A stretch of DNA of 64,000 bases from Heterodontus francisci (taxonomy: Eukaryota). Position 1 is the first letter of the stretch. Each line of letters begins with the position of its first letter. The notes below the pieces were generated by a model. It was not told the DNA's origin, searched no databases, and was given only the letters and a program-made list of their open reading frames with translations. The DNA is taken from positions 121,071,593 through 121,135,592 of the forward strand of contig NC_090378.1 in NCBI RefSeq assembly GCF_036365525.1. Reading direction: 5' to 3'. Below are positions 1 to 13,030 of this stretch, in pieces. A program made the translations under genes and the position numbers.

Positions 1-12
1 AACAGAGACAGT

Positions 13-49
<37 letters not shown>

Positions 50-416
50 AGAGAGAGGGAGAAACAGAGATAGTGGGAGAGAGAGAGAGAGAGAAACAGA
101 GACAGTGGGAGAGAGAGAGAAACAGAGACAGTGGGAGAGAGAAAGAGAGACAGTGTGAGCGAGAGAGAGAAAAATACTGACAGTGGGAGAGAGAGANNNN
201 NNNNNNNNNNNNNNNNNNNNNNNNNNNNNNNNNNNNNNNNNNNNNNNNNNNNNNNNNNNNNNNNNNNNNNNNNNNNNNNNNNNNNNNNNNNNNNNNNNNN
301 NNNNNNNNNNNNNNNNNNNNNNNNNNNNNNNNNNNNNNNNNNNNNAAAGAGAGAGAGAAACAGAGACAGTGGGAGAGAGAGAGAGAGAGAAAGAGAGATA
401 TCGGGTGAGAGTGTGA

Positions 417-453
<37 letters not shown>

Positions 454-595
454 TGAGAAGCACCAAAAGACAAAGAGAGGGACAGATTGAGACAGAGACA
501 GAATGAGTGAGAAAAAGAGAGTCAGAGTGAGAGATAGAGAGAGAAACAGAGAGAAAGATAGAGTGCTAGAGGGATGGAGTGATAGAGAGAGAGAT
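1..595. repeat. GA-rich low-complexity/microsatellite tract containing an assembly gap (N run 197-345)
   Basis: (GA)n with recurring 'aacagagacagtggga' units; Ns are visible. Confidence 0.95.
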
Positions 596-1359
596 GTCTG
601 GATGTCCCAGTGGACATTGGGACCCTGACGTTTGGCCTATATGAGGGTCCCGAGCCTGCCCATGTCATCACGCCCGCCGGACCAACCTTCTGGGAGGCAG
701 CCTCCTAATTGGTCACCTCCATACTCACTGTCCTATTAATGATGGCGGTCAGACTCCCGAGGCTGTAGGCCCAATCAGAGGGCCCGCAGTGATGTCAGGC
801 TGGCAGCTCCACCGGGAGAGGTGGGCCCTGCTGAAACAGGCAGGTGAGAGTGAGGACCCCTCAACATGGAGACGCCCTCGGCTGCCTGCAGAGGAATAGT
901 AAAATAAAAAGGGCTGAAGCCAGTAGGTCCATCAGGTTGGAGGTGACACCCCTCCACAGGATTATTCATGGACAGGGCAGCAGCCTTTCATCCCTCTGGC
1001 TCCGTCATTGGGACATGGTGTCTCCGTCTCCGATGGTCCCCTGGCCTGCTGCCGGGAAGCCACCTCCATTGAGCTGGGGGCTTCCACACACGGGGGTGGG
1101 GAGGCCGCTCCGACGTTGGTAAAATACAATCACCGGCTCAAAATGGCCCCTAAGTGGGGCCTTCATTGCTCTAATTGTCTGCCCATCTCCATGGAGCTGC
1201 CAGCTGACCCAATTCCCAGTCCGCCCCTGGGAAAGTACCCCGGAGGTGGGAATGTGTCAGGGAGCCGTGTTGATGCAGCTCCCCACTATTTTCCCAGTCC
1301 TTCCTGCCTCCAACCCAGAATACTGTCTCCATGGCACCGGGAGTATTCATCCCAGCCTG

Positions 1360-1838
1360 TGAGAGACAGAGTGAGAGCGTGAGAGAGGGAGTGAGAGAAT
1401 GAGAGAGAGAGTGAAAGAGAGTGAATGAGAGAGAGAGAGAGAGAGAGTGAATGAGAGAGAGAGAGAAAAAGAGAGGCAGAGTGAGAGAGGGAGACAAAGT
1501 GAGAGAGAGACAGCGTGTGACAGAGACAGAGTAACAGCGATTGGGAGAGAGGGACATAATGAGAGGGTGAAAGAGACAGAGTGAGAGAAAACAATGAGAG
1601 AGGGACAGAATGGGAGAGAAACCCAAAGTAGCAGAAACAGAGTGTGACACACTGAAAGCGACAAACACAGACAGAGACAGACAGAAGCACACATAGAGAC
1701 AGAGACAAATAGATATATATAGAGAGAGTGTGAGAGACAGAGACACACATACACACAGGCAAAGAGTGACAGAGAGAGAGACACAGTGACAGTGAAAGAC
1801 AGAGAGAGGGTGAGAGTGAGTGAGTGAAACACAGAGCA
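1360..1838. repeat. GA-rich low-complexity tract immediately upstream of the J RSS
   Basis: Degenerate (GA)n; the minus-strand LS-rich ORFs are artefacts of it. Confidence 0.9.
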
Positions 1839-1840
1839 GA

Positions 1841-1879
1841 GGATATTGTACAGCCCCTGCACTGGAAGCTGTCAGTGTG
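1841..1879 (+). promoter_or_regulatory. Recombination signal sequence (23-RSS) of the light-chain J segment
   Basis: Nonamer GGATATTGT (1841-1849; consensus GGTTTTTGT), exactly 23-nt spacer (1850-1872), heptamer CAGTGTG (1873-1879; consensus CACTGTG) abutting J coding sequence. A J-side 23 spacer is the kappa configuration. Confidence 0.92.
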
Positions 1880-1914
1880 GTATACGTTTGGTAAAGGAAC
1901 CAAGCTCAGACTGA
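1880..1914 (+). CDS. IGKJ: Immunoglobulin light-chain J segment (kappa/NS4-like)
   Basis: Translates YTFGKGTKLRL (FGxGTxL motif), followed by a phase-1 consensus donor A|GTAAGT at 1915-1920. Confidence 0.95.
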
Positions 1915-2451
1915 GTAAGTAAACCTCAATCCTCCGTTACTAATCCTTTAAATACTGAAACTTTCTAAAACACAAATGCTGAATAGTGGAAGGTGTTAGT
2001 AAGGAACTGCAGTCAATGAAATGTTTCATTGAAGAGCACTGTGTATAACAGGGTGCCCAGCTGTATTTCTTTAGTTACATTCCCCCTTTAACCAGCAAGA
2101 TATAAGTAACCAACTTTTACCGAGTGTGTAGAGGAGATCTGGACGTTTGCAGACTGTGGTCACATTCCTGCTCCATGGAGTGAAATCCCTCACTAGACTC
2201 CTGCCAGTCTCAGTGTGAGCTCTGGGTCTCTGTCACAGTCTCTGATATAACTGATCTCAGCACCAGCACAGTGAGACACCGAGGTCCCACCTCCCCCAGC
2301 TTTAACTCTGCTCTGTCCACTCCCTGCTTATCTCTTGTCAAAGTTCTGATGACAAACAGTGACAGCAGGGCTCGCAATCCAGTGGCTTCAGTGTTCCAGG
2401 GTTTTGGGGAAACTCTCAGTTGCTTTGTCTTTGGGTCGAGTTCAGGTCGAT

Positions 2452-3398
2452 TGTTCTGACCAGGTGATGAAAGTCTCTAGGGGTCTTTCACAGCCTTCAC
2501 CTGGTCTTACTGTAACAAGATTTAATTTGAAACACACTGTGTTTTGAGCTCCTTCTCGGTGAATCCTTGTTCACCGCTTTCCAATTGTGAGGCAAAGAAA
2601 TGAGCACAAACAGGTTTTCTTAGGTTTAAAGAAGAAAAGTGAAATTTATTAAAACATAAACTAAAACTGTAATTCAGTTAACGCGTACGGATACACGCCA
2701 TGCCCCACGCTAGCATGCATATGCGATACGAACATGCAAATAGAGACAGAAAAGAGCAGAAGAAAAATAAAGTACAGAGGTTTGAGGTAATCTCTGAAGA
2801 GAGTTTTTGTTACTGTGCTTCGAGCTCACTGGAGTCCTTGCTTGTCGGTAGATCTTGCTTTTCATTGGGGCCCAGTATTCTTCTTAAACCTTGTTCACTG
2901 TGGGAGACTTTTCCCTCTTGCGGTTCATATGTCTTCAATGATTTCTGAAGCTGGTGAGAGAGATGAAAGCCGATGGGAGAGAGACAGTGGCAAGCCAGCC
3001 ATGAAAAGTCTTTTCAGTCCAGGAGCAAACAGCTTTCTGAGTTCAAATTCTCTGTGGCAAGTTCAAATTCAAAAAACTACAACAGCCAGTTAGTCATGTG
3101 ACTAAACTGGTCTGGCCATGTCCGATGGTGTTGTCGGCCATCTTAGTAGTCAAGCCGGAATGGGAGCTCCTCACCCTCAATGTCTGGTAATCAAAAGTCC
3201 ATTGTGGATTAAATTTGTCAGGAAATGATCTTTTGTCCCTTCCAAGTACTGTCTGTTACTATGCAAATGTCTTTCCAGTTCAGGGTCAGTTTTTTTTTAA
3301 AGCAAGTTCTTTCTTCACTCCAGTGACAGTTTAAAAATCAACGTTCATATGGTGAAATTAATGTGCCTCATTCTTGGCAGGTGGGGGCCTGCATGACA
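2452..3398 (-). mobile_element. Solo LTR of a Gypsy (Gmr1-like) family
   Basis: Minus strand reads TGTCATGCAGGCCCCCAC...GGTCAGAACA (TG..CA). Homologous to 30977-31666 and to the LTR at 53414 that precedes a gag. TSD not convincing. Confidence 0.8.
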
Positions 3399-4007
3399 CT
3401 GATATTTATCTCTGAACCAACATCACTAAAAATGCTCATTTACCTTAATGCTATTGCGGGATCTTGCTGTGCACAAATTGTCTGCCACATTTCCTACATT
3501 CCAACAGTGACTGCTCTTTAAACAAGTCCTTCATTGTCTGTAAATGACTTTGGGAGGTCCTGAGGTGTGAAATACTCGATATAAATACAAGTCTTTCTTT
3601 TCTTTTTATTAACCGGGAGCTCCCACAATACCCCTGTTGATTAAAGCTGAACCCAGCAGAAAATCCACAGAAAACTGACTAATGTTTGTCTGATTTGTCT
3701 GTGTGTTTATTAGACATGACTGAGCAGATAGCAAGAGTTTCAGCAGCAACAAAGGTGTTACTCTAGTGCCCCTCCCACTTTCCCCATCGACTTACATAAT
3801 ACTTACGGGGAAAGGGCTCAGCACCTGCCATCGACTGGTTAAATGTCACCCCTCTAGACTACAGGTCTCCCACAATCTGCTCTCCATCTCTCTCCTGAAG
3901 GCACTATCTCTGGCTGGGGCACAGCTCCACCCTCCCCAAGTGGCCTCATTCCTCCAAGTGTGAGCCGGGAGGTTGAGAATGGCAGGCTATTCGACTGTGA
4001 GGTGTTA

Positions 4008-4397
4008 GTGTTGTCTCAGTGGGTAACACTCTCACCTCTGAGTCAGAATGTCGTGGCTTCAAGTCCCACTCCAGAGACTGGAGCACATAATCCAGGCTGA
4101 CACTGCAGTGCAGTATTGAGGGAGTGCTGCATTGTCAGAGGTGCTGTCTTTCAGATGAGACAAACTGACGTCTGCCCTCTCAGGTGGATGTAAAGGATCC
4201 CACTGCGCTATTAGAAGAGCAGGGGAGTTCTCCTCGGTGTTCTGGACAATGTTTATCACTCAACCAACGGCACTGAAAATCAGATGATCTGCTCATTATC
4301 ACTCAGCTGTCTGGGATCTTGTTGTGCACAATTGGCTGTAAAGCACTTTGGGACATCCTGAGGTGGTGACAGGCGATATAGAAATGCAAGTCTTTCT
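4008..4397 (+). mobile_element. tRNA-derived SINE, DeuSINE/SacSINE1-like
   Basis: A/B-box-like head (ctcagtgg...ttcaagtccc), core 'gctgacactgcagtgcagtattgagggagtgctgc', tail 'atatagaaatgcaagtctttct'; a partial second copy lies at ~3430-3600. Confidence 0.65.
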
Positions 4398-4644
4398 GTG
4401 AGTTTGGAGGCTCCTGATCCTGACCCTCGCCCAGTGTGCGCACACTCTCACCTTCCAGGGGTCATGGGGTCATTTGGAGCAGTGACCCTGCCTGACCCCA
4501 GTACACTGAGACTAATTATAGCCTCACCCTTGACCTCACCCCAGTGCTGGGCAAGAAGATTTTAAATGAAATCTAGAACATTCTACACCGACACCCAACA
4601 TGAATCCTTTCTGACGTGTGTTGATACAAGTCTGCTCCAATGTT

Positions 4645-4979
4645 AGTTTAGTGATACAGCACTGAAACAGGTCCTTCGGCCCACCGACTCTGTGCCGACC
4701 ATCAACCATCCATTTATACTAATCCTACACTAATCCCATATTCCTACCACATCCCCACCTGTCGCTATATTTCCCTACCACCTACCTATACTCGGGGTAA
4801 TTTATAATGGCCAATTTACCTACCAACCTGCAAGTCTTTTGGCTTGTGGGAGGAAACCGGAGCATCCGGAGAAAACCCACGCAGACACAGGGAGAACTTG
4901 CAAACTCCACACAGGCAGTACCCGGAATCGAACCCGGGTCCCTGGAGCTGTGAGGCTGCGGTGCTAACCACTGCGCCAC
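4645..4979 (-). mobile_element. HE1-type V-SINE
   Basis: Minus strand: A box TGGCGCAGTGG, B box GGTTCGATTC, V-domain, CR1-like tail ending (AAACT)n; flanked by direct repeat CCAATGTT (4637-4644 / 4980-4987). Confidence 0.9.
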
Positions 4980-6884
4980 CCAATGTTCTCGGAGAAAGTT
5001 CTCCTGAAGTGTGTGTGATCTGAGATTTGTTAACACTGAGCCTGTTTCCTCCGGATAGACTGATCTATAGTTCGAGCTTCCTGCCAGGTTAACAGTGTCT
5101 TAAAGGGACACTGAGTCTTTAAACACTCTTACTATTAACCATTTCAGTGCTGAATTGGTGATAACCCTTCATTATAAAAGTTTAAACAGAGAAATATAGA
5201 AAGATTTACAATGCAGATGAGGCCATTCGGCCCATGGTGTCCATGCCAGCTGAAAATGAGTTAACAAACCTAATCCCACTTTCCAGCTCTTATTCCCATA
5301 TCCCTGTAGGTTTCAGCACCTCAAGTGCATATCCAAGTGTTTTTTAAATGTAATGAGTGTTTCTGCCTCGACCACCCTTTCAGGCAGTGAGTTCCAGACC
5401 CCCAACACCCTCTGGGTGAAAAAATTACTCCTCAACTCACCTCTCATCCTTCCACCAATTAATTTAAATCTATGCCACTGGGTTATTGACCTCTCTGCTG
5501 CGGGAAGTAGGTCCTTCCTATCCACTCTATCTAGGCTCCTCATAATTTTATACACCTCAATTAAATCTCCCCTCAGACCCCTCTGTTCCAGAGATAACAA
5601 TCCCAGCCGATCCTATCTTTCCTCATAGGTAAAATTCTCCATTCCTGGTAACATCCTCGTAAATCTCCTCTGTACCTGCTTTTGTTTGATCACATCCTTC
5701 CTGTAATGTGGTGACCAGAACTGTACACAGTTTTCTAGCTGTGGTCTAACTAGTGTTTTCTACAGTTCTGGCATAACCTCCTTACCCTTATACTCCAGGC
5801 CTCAGCAAATAAGGGCAAGCATCCCGTAAGCCTTCTTAACCACCTTATCTAGATGTCCTGCTACCTTCAGGGATCTGTAGACATGAACTCCAATGTCCCT
5901 CTGTTTTTCTACACTTCTTGGCATCCGACCATTTATTGTATATTCCTTTGCCTCGTTTGTCTTCCCCAAATACATTACCTCACATTTCTCTGGACTGAAT
6001 TCCATTCTCCATTTTCTGTCCACCTGACCAGACCATTGATATCTTCCTGCAGTCTACAGCTCTCTTCCTCATGAACAACCACAAGGTTAATTTTTGTATC
6101 ATCTGCAAACTTCTTAATCATGCCCCCTGCATTTAAGTCGAAATCATTGATATATACTATAATCAGCAGGGGACCCAGTACTGAGCCCTGCAGAACCCCA
6201 CTGGAAACAGCTTTCCACTCACAAAAACATCCATCAACAATAAACATTTGCTTCCTGTCACTAAGTCAATTTTGGATCCAATTTGCTACTTTCCCTTGGA
6301 TCCCATGGGCTTTTAATTTTCTGATCAGTCTGCCATGTGGGATCTTATCAAAAGCCTTGCTAAAATCCATGTCGACTATATCAAACATGCTGCCCACATT
6401 GACACTCCTTGTAACCTCTTCAAGAAATGTAATCGTTAGTCAGACACAAACTTCCCTTAACAAATCCATGCTGACTGTCTTGAATTAAGGCACCATGCCT
6501 TTAACAAGAGAGGATCGGAAAATGAGGATCAGAGCCTCTGCTATTTCTTCCATTGCTTCCTTTGGAACCTGGGATGCATTTCATCTGGGCCTGGTGATTT
6601 ATCCATTTTCTAGGATGCTTAAAAACTTCATATTTCCTCCCTCACTAAGTTTATCCCATCCAAGATTTCACGCTCCTCCTCTTTAACTACAATGTCTGCT
6701 TTGTCACTTCTCTTTTGTGAAAAAAGGCACAAAGTATTCATTCAGAAACATGTCCACATCCTCCACATCCACGCACAGGTTAGGTTTATGGACTCTAATT
6801 GACCCCACTCTTTTCTTAGTGATCCTCCTGCTCTTTATGTATTCATTAAACATCTTTGGGTTTCCTTGATTTTATTTACAAAGA

Positions 6885-8845
6885 AACTTAGAAAATAGGA
6901 GCAGGAGTAGGCCATTCGGCCCTTCGAGCCAGCTCCGCCATTCATTATGATCATGGCTGATCATCCAACTTACTAACCTGTTCCCGCTTTCCCCCATATC
7001 CTTTGATCCTTTTCGTCCCAAGAGCTATATCTAACTCCTTCTTGAAAACATACAATGTTTTGGCCTCAACTGCTTTCTGTGGGATCAAATTCCACAGGCT
7101 CACCACTCACCTCATCTCAGTCCTGAAAGGGTTACCCCATATCCTTCGACTATGACCCCTGGTTCTGGACTCCCCCACCATCGGGGAACATCCTTCCTGC
7201 ATCTACCCTGTCAAATCCTGTTCGAATTTTATAGGTTTCTATGAGATTCCCCTCTCACTCTTCTGAACTCCAGTGAATATAATCCTAACCGAATCAATCT
7301 CTCCTCATACGTCAGTCCCACCATCCCAGGAATCTGTCTGGTAAACCTTCACTGCACTCCCTCTATAGCAAGAACATCCTTCCTCAGATAAGGAGACCAA
7401 AACTGCACACAATATTCCAGGTGTGGCCTCACCAAGACCCTGTATAATTGCAGCAAAACATCCCTGCTCCTGTACTCGAATCCTCTCACTATGAAGGCCA
7501 ACATACCATTTGTCTTTTTTACCGCCTGTTGGACCTGCATGCTTACCTTCAGCGACTGGTGTACGAGAACACCCAGGTCTCGTTGCATATTCCACCCTCT
7601 CAGTTTATAGCCGTTCAGATAATTATCTGCATTCTTGTTTTTGCTACCAAAGTGGATAACCTCACATTTATCCACATTATACTGCATCTGCCATGCATTT
7701 GCCCACTCACACAACTTGTCTAAACCACCCTGAAGTCTCTCTGCATCCTCCTCACAACCCACCCTCCCACCCAGTTTTGTGTCATTTGCAAATTTGGAGA
7801 TATTACATTTAGCTCCCTCATCTAAATCATTAATATATATTGTGAATAGCTGGGTTCCTAGCACTGATCCCTGCAGTACCCCACTAGTCATTGCCTGCCA
7901 TTCAGAAAAAGACCCATTGTTCCCTACTCATTGTTTCCTGTCTGCCAACCAATTTTCTATCCATTGCAATACACTACCCCCAATCCTCATGCGCTTTAAT
8001 TTTACACGCTAACCTCTTATGTGGGACTTTGTTGAAAGCCTTCTGAAAGTCCAAATGAACCACATCCACTGGCTCCCCGTCATCAACTCTACTAGTTACA
8101 TTCTCAAAGAATTCTAGTAGATTTGTCAAGCATGATTTCCCTTTCGTAAATCCATGCTGACTCTGTCCGATTCTACCACTGTTCTCCAAATGCTCTGCTG
8201 TAAAATCTTTGATAATGGACTCTAGAATTTTCCCCATTACCGACGTCAGGCTGACTGGTCTATAATTCCCTGATTTCTCTCTACCTCCCTTTTTAAATAA
8301 TGGGGTTTCATGAACTACCCTCCAATCTGTAGGAACTGTTCCAGAGTCTATACAATCTTGGAAGATGACCACCAATGCATCCACTATTTCTAGGGCCACT
8401 TCCTTAAGTACTCTGGGATTCATACCATCAGGCCCTGGGGATTTATCGGCCTTCAATCCCATCAATTTCCCCAACACCATTTCTCCATTAATACTGATTT
8501 ACTTCAGTTTTTCTCTCTCACTGAACCCTGTGTTTCTGGTATGATATTTGTGTCCTCCTTTGTGAAGACAGAACCAAAGTATGCATTTAGTTGGTCAGCA
8601 ATTTCTTTGTTCCCCACAATAATTTCCCCTGTTTCTGACTGTAAGGGACCTACATTTGTCTTCACTAATCTTTTTCTCTTCACATACCTATAGAAACTTT
8701 TACAGTCAGTTTTTATGTTTCTTGCAAGCTTGCTCTCACTCTCTATTTTCCCCTTCTTAAACAATCCCTTGGTCCTCCTTTGCTGAATTCTGAACTGCTC
8801 CCAATCTTCAGGTATGTTGTTTTTTCTGGCGAATTTATTTGCCAA
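6885..8845 (-). mobile_element. 5'-truncated CR1-clade LINE nested in the older CR1
   Basis: KSPGPDG, NYRPVSLTS, QHGFTKGKSCLTNL, LDFQKAF, LVRPHLEYC motifs; its own 3' tail at ~6890-6960. Confidence 0.88.
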
Positions 8846-9534
8846 TATTTTTTCATGTCCTCTCTTTGTTTCCCTAATTTCCTTTTCAATTTCACCCCTG
8901 AAATATCTACACTCCTCCAGGTTTTCTGCAGTATCAAGATCTCAGAATCTGATATAAGTTTCCCTTTTGTCCCTTATCCTACTGCATATGCTGTTTGACA
9001 TCTGCGGTAAATGGAGATTTGGGAGTCTCACCCTTTTTCTTTGTGTGAACATGTTTGTTCTGAGCCCTCACTATCTCCTCCTTGAATGCCTCCCACTGCT
9101 CTGACACTGATTTACCTTCAAGAAGCTGTTTCCAGTCTAATTCTGACAAATCACATCTCAGCTTAGTAAAATTGGCCTTTCCCCAGTTTAAAACTTTTAC
9201 TCTTGGTCCAGCTTTATCCTTTTCTATAACTGCTCTAAATCTAATTGAATTATAATCACTGCCACTAAAACACTCTCACATTGATCCCCTTCCACCTGCC
9301 CAGATTCATTCCCAAAAACTAAGTCCAGAACTGTCCCTTCTCTTGTTGGTCTTTCTACTGACGAGAAAAGTTCTCCCGAATGTATTTTAGGAATCCTGCG
9401 CCCTGAATTTATCCCAGTTAATTTTTGGAAAGTTGAAATCCCCTCCTATTACTGGCCTGTTGTTTCTGCACTTTTCAGTAATTTGCCGACACATTTGCTC
9501 TTCTCTCTCCCTCTGACTGTTTGAGGGTCTATAG

Positions 9535-10228
9535 CAGGAGTCTGGAACCTGCGGCTCCGGAGCCACATGTGACTCTTTAACAGCTCATTTACAGCTGCCA
9601 ACCTTTTCCAGTTGGATTACATTAACATGAAAAAGGCCAAAAAAATTAAATCAAGAAAAATAAACCATGTTTTTATTGTGGGGATAAAAGACTAATCATT
9701 ATGTTGTACTTTATAGTTTCAAATGATTATTTGAATGCAAAACATTATCATTGTCTAAATGAACTTGTTTGAGTGGTACAGCTTCCATTGGAGGAACAGC
9801 TTTTATGTTTGTGACCATTATTGTTTCTAATATCACTGAGATGATAAATTATTCTGCTATTAGAAACTTCTTTTTTATTACGAGAATCAATAGCTGAAAA
9901 AATTGTCTTAATTTTACACATCTGAAGTCAAAGTTTTTTTTTAAATTTAGACTTTACTGACGAAATTATACAAAAACAAGTCAAAAAAACACAATAATTC
10001 AGAGTGAAACCTATTCTGATTTTGATTTATTTTTATTGATACATAAATTCAATACATGTATTTTATTTATTATATATACAAAGTGTGCATTCTACCAGAG
10101 ACACTTGGCAATTTAGAAGGTATTTGGTTTAGAAATGCTGCATTTTGGTCTTGACACTCCCAGTAGTTTTTATTTTAGGTAATTATTTGAAAACAGTCTC
10201 TTCAGGTAATAAAGGTTACCGACCCCTG
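9535..10228. mobile_element. Non-autonomous hAT (Charlie-like) DNA transposon
   Basis: TIRs CAGGAGTCTGGAACCT / AGGTTACCGACCCCTG (13/16 match); 8-bp TSD GTCTATAG (9527-9534) / GTCTATAT (10229-10236); AT-rich interior. Confidence 0.85.
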
Positions 10229-10475
10229 GTCTATATATAGTGCAGCAATGTGATTGCCCCTTTTTTGTTCCTACGTTCAATCATATGTCCTCATTCGATG
10301 ATCCTGCTTGAATATCATCCCTCCTCACAGCTGCGATTTTTTCTTTTGACCAATATTGTGAAACCCCTGCCTTTTTTATCTCGCTCTCTATCCCGTTGGG
10401 AAACCCAGTATCGGGAATGTTGAGCTGCCATTCCTGCCCTTCTTTAAGAAACATTTCAGTAATAACTGTCATCAA

Positions 10476-11325
10476 GGCAGCATTTGAGCGAGTCTGGAAT
10501 CAAGGAGCCCGAGCAAAACTGGAGTCAATGTGAATCAGGGGGAAGTCTCTCGACTGTTTGGAGTCATACCTAGTGCAAAGGAAGATAGCTGTGGTTGTTG
10601 GAGGTCAATCATCTCAGCTCCAGGATGCCACTGCAGGAGTTCCTCAGCGTAGTGTCCTAGGCCCAACCATCTTCAGCTGCTTCATCAATGACCTTCCATC
10701 CACCATTAGGTCAGAAGAGGGGATGTTCGCTGATGATTGCACAATCTTCAGCACCATTCGCGAATCTGCAGAAACTGAAACAGTTCGTGTAGAAATGCGG
10801 CAAAACCTGGACACTGTCCAGGCTTGGGCTGATAAGTAACAAGTAACATTCACGTCACACAAGTGACAGGCAATGACTATCTCAAATAAGAAAGAATCTA
10901 ACCATCTCCCCTTGACATTCAATGGCATTACGATCGCTGAATCCCCCACTATCAACATCCTGAAGGTTACCATTGACCAGAACCTGAACTGCAGTAGCCC
11001 TGTAAATACTGTGGCTACAAGAGCAGGTCAAAGGCTAGCCACCTAGGAGGAAAGGCCAGCAGTTGCATGGGAACACCACCAACTGCAAGTTCTCCTCCAA
11101 GTCACACACCATCCTGACTTGGAACTATATCGCCGTTCCTTCACTGTCACTGGGTCAAAATCCTGGAACTCCCTGCCTAACAGCACTGTGGGTGTACCTA
11201 CCCCACATGGACTGCAGCAGTTCAAGAAGGCAGCTCACCACCACCTTCTCAAGGGCAATCAGTGATGGGCAATAAATGCTGGCCTGGCCAGCGATGCCCA
11301 TATCCCATGAATGAATAAAAAAAAA
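10476..11325 (+). mobile_element. CR1/L2-group LINE 3' fragment with internal deletion
   Basis: GVPQRSVLGPTIFSCFINDLP, MFADDCT; tail 'gggcaataaatgctggcc...aataaaaaaa'; same family as 36457-37590 and 22160-22506. Confidence 0.85.
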
Positions 11326-11539
11326 CTACCATATCATACTTCCAAGTGCAGTCGAACACAATTTAACCAGTTGAACATCAAACCATCCACTGTCTTTGTA
11401 TTTTAGACTAAACCTAGCAAGCGAGGCAAATTAAGAAGTGATGGTGCTCATTTCTAACGATTCAACACCAGCCGTAGTTCATCAACCCAGCTGTCTGTTA
11501 TCTGATGTGACATATCCAAACACAGAAACACCCACAGAA

Positions 11540-12660
11540 ACATACACATAAATATACACATAGAACACACAAATATACACAGAGAATACACAAATGTACA
11601 GACAGAACACACAAATATATACAAAAGCATACAAATATATACAGGACACACCAATACAGACAGAAGACACAAATATATACATGGAACACACAAATATACA
11701 CATGGAACACACAAATATATACATGGAACACACAAATATATACATGGAACACACAAATGTACAGACAGAACACACAAATATACACATGGAACACACAAAT
11801 ATACACATGGAACACACAAATATATACATGGAACACACAAATATATACATGGAACACACAAATGTACAGACAGAACACACAAATATAGACATGGAACACA
11901 CAAATACACACATGGAACACACAAATATACACATGGAACACACAAATATATACATGGAACACACAAATATACACATGGAACACACAAATATAGACATGGA
12001 ACACACAAATATACACATGGAACACACAAATATATACATGGAACACACAAATGTACAGACAGAACACACAAATATAGACATGGAACACACAAATATACAC
12101 ATGGAACACACAAATATATACATGGAACACACAAATATAGACATGGAACACACAAATGTACAGACAGAACACACAAATATAGACATGGAACACACAAATA
12201 TACACATGGAACACACAAATATACACATGGAACACACAAATATATACATGGAACACACAAATGTACAGACAGAACACACAAATATAGACATGGAACACAC
12301 AAATATACACATGGAACACACAAATATATACATGGAACACACAAATATATACATGGAACACACAAATGTACAGACAGAACACACAAATATACACATGGAA
12401 CACACAAATATATACATGGAACACACAAATGTACAGACAGAACACACAAATATACACATGGAACACACAAATATATACATGGAACACACAAATATACACA
12501 TGGAACACACAAATATAGACATGGAACACACAAATATACACATGGAACACACAAATATACACATGGAACACACAGATATACACATGGGACACACAAATAT
12601 ATATATGGAAGACACAAATATACAGAGAGCACAAAATATACACATAGAACACAGAAATAC
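11540..12660. repeat. 21-bp minisatellite (ACACACAAATATACACATGGA)n, roughly 50 copies, just upstream of the C-exon acceptor
   Basis: Direct tandem periodicity; 7-aa repeats in the ORF track. Confidence 0.97.
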
Positions 12661-12701
12661 ACAAACATGCAGTGATTCACAGTATTTCTCTTCTCTTTCA
12701 G

Positions 12702-13030
12702 GCCGAGAAAAGTCTCAACCCACACTGACCCTGATGCCCCCCTCCCCGGAGGAGGTCAAGGCCAAGGGCACTGCCACCCTGTTGTGCCTTGCCGATCACT
12801 TCTATCCCGATGAAGTGGGGGTGGAGTGGAAGAAGGACGGTGCAGCCATTTCGGCCGGGGTTCAGACCAGCAACTACCTGCGAGCTTCGGACAGCACCTA
12901 CAGTGTCAGCAGCCTGCTGACCATCTCTGGCTCCGACTGGGAGTCCAATGCCCGCTTCTCCTGTGCCCTCACCCATGAGACCCTCTCCTCTCCCCTCAGT
13001 AAGAGTGTGAGCAGATCAGAATGTGTGTAG
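12702..13030 (+). CDS. IGKC: Immunoglobulin light-chain constant exon, kappa type (NS4/type III-like)
   Basis: C1-set domain REKSQPTLTLMPPSPEEVKAKGTATLLCLADHFYP...VEWKKD...DSTYSVSSLL...FSCALTH...SRSECV*, with both canonical Cys, the Trp and the penultimate interchain Cys; no stops or frameshifts. Confidence 0.97.

Larger units (their letters stand above)
5195..10475 (-). mobile_element. Decayed CR1-clade LINE ORF2 (endonuclease to 3' tail), interrupted by younger insertions at ~6885-8845 and 9535-10228
   Basis: RT peptides SGVLQGSVLGPLL, KFADDTK, FFTQRVLGVWNSLP; endonuclease remnant ITEMFLKEGQEWQLNIP at 10281-10475. Confidence 0.8.
1915..12701 (+). other. J-C intron (~10.8 kb), largely filled with transposons
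   Basis: GT donor at 1915; polypyrimidine tract and AG acceptor (ttctcttctctttcag) ending 12701. Splicing gives in-frame ...KLRL-S-REKSQP. Confidence 0.9.

Noticed and set aside
600-1357. GC-richer segments (also ~21190-21640 and ~42835-43840) as promoters or exons
   Set aside because: They resemble degenerate non-autonomous DNA-transposon sequence (e.g. the end AAAATCCAGCCC near 21640), but I could not establish paired TIRs or TSDs, so they are left uncalled
1-1840. V segment or leader upstream of J
   Set aside because: No Ig V motifs (Cys, WYQQ, YYC) or 12-RSS found; the V presumably lies left of the window
4900-4979. tRNA genes at the A/B-box sequences
   Set aside because: They are SINE heads joined to a SINE body and LINE-derived tail, repeated three times in the window
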